This document shows, one piece after another, positions 61,734 through 64,000 of a stretch of 64,000 nt of DNA. Source of the stretch: Ylistrum balloti (Eukaryota); contig NW_026782030.1 of NCBI RefSeq assembly GCF_031769215.1, forward strand, positions 1 through 64,000. Direction: 5' to 3'. Under the pieces are notes generated by a model, which did no database searches, was not told the DNA's origin, and saw only the letters and a list, made by a program, of their open reading frames with translations. Both the position numbers and the translations under genes were made by a program. The first letter of the stretch is position 1. Each line of letters opens with the position of its first letter.

Positions 61734-64000
61734 CGTCATTAATTGAACACGTTATTGTGACGTGCTTCATGCACAAGTGTGTCATTAATATGATATAAAT
61801 GTTATTTTCGAACTTAATTTCCTTTGATATATTCAAGAAAGTAACGAAATCGTTAAAAATGATTTTGGATCGAAGTCATTGGGGAACAACCTTAACAGTA
61901 TGATGATATTCATCCTGCAACTGGCACTGTCATTGTCAGGGTACACCTGCAACATATATTTTGCTGTATTCGGCAGTGACTGAAAACAACGTGCATTAAT
62001 TCGACAGAATTCGACAGAATTACTTTCTGAATTTGCTTTAGAATTACGTTTAATAGTATGAATAACTGTTGGAATCAATGATTTTATATGCTGTAATGAA
62101 TAAGTTTATTTACGAAAATTGAAAAAATCTCTGTCTTATCCGGTGAAGTTCATTTCAGCGCAGAGCAATTATTTTGGCGTACGTCATCAGGCAAAATTCA
62201 GCTTAACGTCAACGACAGGTAAACAAAGATTGAACGATATAACTGCTGAAGTTTTGATTGTCTGATTTTCAATCAAAGTTGCAGGATAAATAGAATACAT
62301 GTTCAGTGTCTTAATAAATAATTCATTTTGGCCTGGGACAGTAAGACTTAATGGCTCGCCAGATGCTTGGCACTTTTTGTCTATCTCCACTCTCGCCAAA
62401 ATTCAGCTGATATTTTAAGACATTGATCATGTATTCTCTATTTATATTATCTTATATGACAAGTCATTGTTATATGACGTCACTGTTGACCCCGTCATTA
62501 ATCGCTCAATATTTACTGATTCCGGTAGTCTGTGGGCATTAGCGTGACTACTTTCATTGTTATTGTATGCTAAATGGATGGTACTAGACATTTAATCTTT
62601 CTGATCAATTCTTTGTTTATGATGTACCAACCAGTGCACATTTTGTTATTTTTGTCTGTTAAGAATAGGTTCGTGGCAGCGTCGCGGTGAACCATTGTGA
62701 GGGTCTAGCATGTGTTATATGTGTAATGTTTTATTTAAAAATGCCATGTGTTTACACTGCCAAATGGTGAAAATGGAACGGGTTTTGTGCAATACTTCAT
62801 GCCAATTTCATTCATCTTTAATGCCTATTTAAATTCATATATATTTACATATTACCACTTGTAGTTAATGACTGTTTCAATCTAATATAAACGGAATCAC
62901 AGATTTGACAGAAACGTTTGAGAGAGATCTGTATTGATCGTAAAATTCCAATGACGAGCAATTGATATTGGAATCATCGATAGGCGATAATGTCTGTTCT
63001 GTGCAATAAAAGTAATATTGTATTACCCTATTTTATATGAAGCAGAAAATGAAAATCATCTGTGACTTTACAAATTTGCATGGCGATCTCCAAATGTTCA
63101 GTTGATAATATTCAACACTTCTGATTCAAAACATAACGCAAAATGGTAGTTTCTAAGACTTCATACTGGAAAACAAAAGTGGATATGCTTAACATGTTGA
63201 TATGTAAACAATATCATTTCAGATAAATATAGGTATCGATTTAATTAATGTAGATGTCTACTTCGTTAACTATATAATGATTAGCTATCTCATGACAGTT
63301 CACAAAGATTAAATGATTGTTTTTGATTACAAATATTTTCAAATCAAAGTTGCGGAAGACGCCATTTGATGTACGGAAAAAATCCAGCTTTATTGTGTAA
63401 AGTTGTGTTTTATTTATAACATTGTAAGACTCTTTCGTATGTAAAAAAAAAAGTAGTTTTAAACGTAATTTGAGATGCTGAACAGGAGTTTTACAAACAT
63501 TGACATCATTTAAAATACTGGAGAGTTCATACAATCTTACAGAGCCTATACGAGAAATTCAGCAACAAACTATGAAGGACGTACACGTCAGTGTATACAT
63601 ATAAATACATCAATGGATAATATAATCTACATTGGTTTTATTTCGAAGTTTATTTTATTCCATTTCATGTAGTTACCCATAATTATGGTACTTAAACGAA
63701 AACGTCTGAATGGTATAATGAGGTTGATTTGTAGATAACGATATATTGAACGTGGATTTATGTGATTTGTTGTTGGTTGTTTTCGGATGTGTGCAGAGTG
63801 AGAGACTGAACATAGGACAATAAACACAGGTGAAGATATTTGTACAGAAGGACAGAAATATGATGAAGAGTAATTGATCGTTGTATTTAACTGAAAGTTT
63901 CAAAAATCAAATATATATGAAATTTCAGTTTTGACTTCATTCTGTGGTGATGCACTTGTTCTCATTGTTTATCTTTCGTGTTGAAATTTGTTGAAGAATG

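Overview
AT-rich animal genomic DNA with spliceosomal introns. A bivalve mollusc is inferred from the repeat families, not proven. Positions 1-19049 are the right end of a tandem tRNA-gene array with a unit of ~2.3-2.5 kb. Each unit holds tRNA-Glu(CTC) on the minus strand, a 26-nt tRNA-Leu stub and a full tRNA-Leu(CAG) on the plus strand. Two of the six tRNA-Glu loci are interrupted at the same nucleotide (nt 21/22, D-arm) by Tx1-clade non-LTR retrotransposons. One is an intact 5.65-kb element (zinc-knuckle ORF1 plus APE-RT ORF2). The other is a 0.76-kb 5'-truncated, decayed copy from a clearly different family, with a 13-14 bp target-site duplication. Both families end in the same 9-bp stem / CCCCAA-loop RNA hairpin with four compensatory base-pair changes. 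This points to a lineage of sequence-specific retrotransposons that target the tRNA-Glu gene body, the main finding here. A third LINE fragment sits 20 bp upstream of the last tRNA-Leu, and a MULE-like TIR element caps the array. The 20-46 kb region is mostly decayed repeats (HINE/Helentron-like, Penelope-like, a 45-bp minisatellite). At 46151-61733 is an 8-coding-exon gene for a 407-aa type I membrane protein (signal peptide, 2 CUB domains, Thr-rich stalk, TM, short tail). Its 7.7-kb fourth coding-region intron holds four different tandem arrays, one apparently grown from the splice donor itself. No prokaryotic features or CRISPR arrays. All alignments and counts were done by eye.
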